Below are positions 62,705 to 64,000 of a stretch of DNA of 64,000 bases, one piece after another. Position numbers and translations under genes: made by a program. A model generated the notes under the pieces. The model ran no database searches, was not told the origin of the DNA, and was given only the letters and a program-made list of their open reading frames with translations. The stretch lies in contig OY986949.1 of NCBI GenBank assembly GCA_963920595.1, positions 4,402,001 to 4,466,000 of the forward strand, given 5' to 3'. The stretch is from Eimeria praecox. Its lineage: Eukaryota. How positions within the stretch are numbered: the first letter of the stretch is position 1; each line of letters opens with the position of its first letter.

Positions 62705-64000
62705 GCAGCAGCTGCAGCAGCAGGAAGCAACGCTCCTCGCGCCGGTGTATGGAGAGGGGGTGGCGTAAGCAGGCTCAAACCCTAAACCCTAAACCCTAAA
62801 CCCTACGACCCCAAACCCTAAACCCTCAGTCGTCAAACCCTAAACCCTAGAACCTCAAACCCTAAACCCTCACCAAACCCTAAACCCTAGGGCTTCAAAC
62901 CCTAAACCCTAGGGCTTCAAACCCTAAACCCTAGGGCTTCAAACCCTAAGCCCTAGGGCTTCAAACCCTAAACCCTAGGACCTCGAACCCTAAACCCTAA
63001 ACCCTAAACCCTAGGTGTTTGATCTCAGTTCGACATTGCTGCTGCGGCTTGTGTATGCAGATTCCTCATCGTCTTCTCTATTACACACGGTCCTGACAGC
63101 AGCAACAGCAGCAGCAGCAACAGCAGCAACAGCAGCAGCAGCAACAGCACCAGCGAGGGGCAGGCGATAACGCGGTGTACGTACACTGTGGTAGACTGCC
63201 TCGGAGCCTTCATGCAGCGGCAGCAGCAGCAGCTGCAGCAGCAGCTAGCAGATACACTTGCTTTGCTGCTGCGCTCTCGAAGGGGCCTCTCTTGTCTAGG
63301 GGTAGGCTGCTAGTGTCTGCTGCTGTTGCTGCTGCTGTTGCTGCTGCTGCTGTTGCTGCTGCTGCTGTTGCTGCTGCTGCTGTTGCTGCTGCTGCTGTTG
63401 CTGCTGGTGCTACAGCTAATACTACAACTTTGCTGCTGCTGCTGCTGCGGGTATTCCTCATGGCCTGTTGCTTCTACTGCGGTGCTTGCTGCTGCTGCTG
63501 TTGCTGCCGCTGCTGTTGCTGTTGCTGCTGCTGCTGCTGCAGTCGATAGAATCTAGCAATCAGTGGGAGCTGCAGCTTCGGATGACTGTGCTGCTGCCGC
63601 TGACGAGCGCTGAAGATGCTGCAGCGGAACAGCAGCAGCAGCAGGAAGAGCAGCAGCAGCAGCAGGAAGAGCAGCAGCAGCAGCAGGAAGAGCAGCAGCA
63701 GCAAGAGCAGCAGCAACAAATCGAAGCTGCTGCTGCTCATCTTAAGGATTCCGAAGTGCCTGCTGCTGCTGCTGCTGCTGCAGCAGCAGCAGCAGCGTGC
63801 AGCAGACAGCTGCAGCAGCTGGCAGCAGACGGGAAGAAGAGGCTGCAGCAGTTGCTGCGGCTGCAGCAGCAGCAGCAGCTGCTGCAACAGCAGCAGCAGT
63901 TTACAGTCGACAGCATCGGCATAGTTCTCCTATTTACTATTGAGGGATTCTTCACGTAAGACCATCTGCTGCTGCTGTTGCTGCTGCTGTTGCTGCTGTT
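58463..64000 (+). CDS. Large Q/A/S-rich multi-exon hypothetical protein, truncated by the window end
   Basis: ATG 58463 (gaaATGG) opens a 3.2-kb exon ending at a g|gtgtaag or gtaagc donor at ~61716. Further exons have cag acceptors (AINSLIATFNARDLQ at 61987; GPLVYCLETLQ..KARDL|gtaagc at 62359-62460; SNQWELQLRMTVLLPLT..FTIEGFFT|gtaag to ~63955). No domain recognised. Confidence 0.7.
62470..63013. repeat. Intronic telomere-like tracts (62470-62506; 62778-63013), the latter with a 22-bp higher-order unit aaaccctaaaccctagggcttc
   Basis: Both tracts start within ~15 bp of gtaagc donors. Confidence 0.9.

Overview
Eukaryotic genomic DNA, not prokaryotic. The dense CAG/CTG triplet repeats, interstitial AAACCCT/TTTAGGG telomere-like heptamers and TGCATGCA arrays are the known signature of the coccidian Eimeria (Apicomplexa); the species cannot be determined. 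The window crosses from a repeat-poor segment (1 to ~11.7 kb) into a repeat-rich segment (~11.7-64 kb). The repeat-poor part holds heavily decayed Ty3/Gypsy-type pol remnants, a small 4-TM membrane protein gene and a gene with two FAM13/Sld2-RecQ4-N-like motifs. The repeat-rich part holds two paralogous intronless ~1000-aa signal/TM coiled-coil genes flanking a very AT-rich island, a small beta-prefoldin-like ORF, a multi-exon Nup214/Nup159-like FG nucleoporin, a CEBPZ/Mak21/Noc1 ribosome-biogenesis gene and two Q/A-rich hypothetical genes. The most interesting signals are in the repeat architecture: (TAGC)n arrays at gene ends that twice supply the stop codon, a recurring near-palindromic GGTGTACGTACA motif, telomere repeats forming or abutting splice sites (including amplified exon-end/donor copies), and CTG tracts running into splice acceptors. 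All homology calls are by eye and need profile searches. Most of the supplied ORFs are repeat artefacts.
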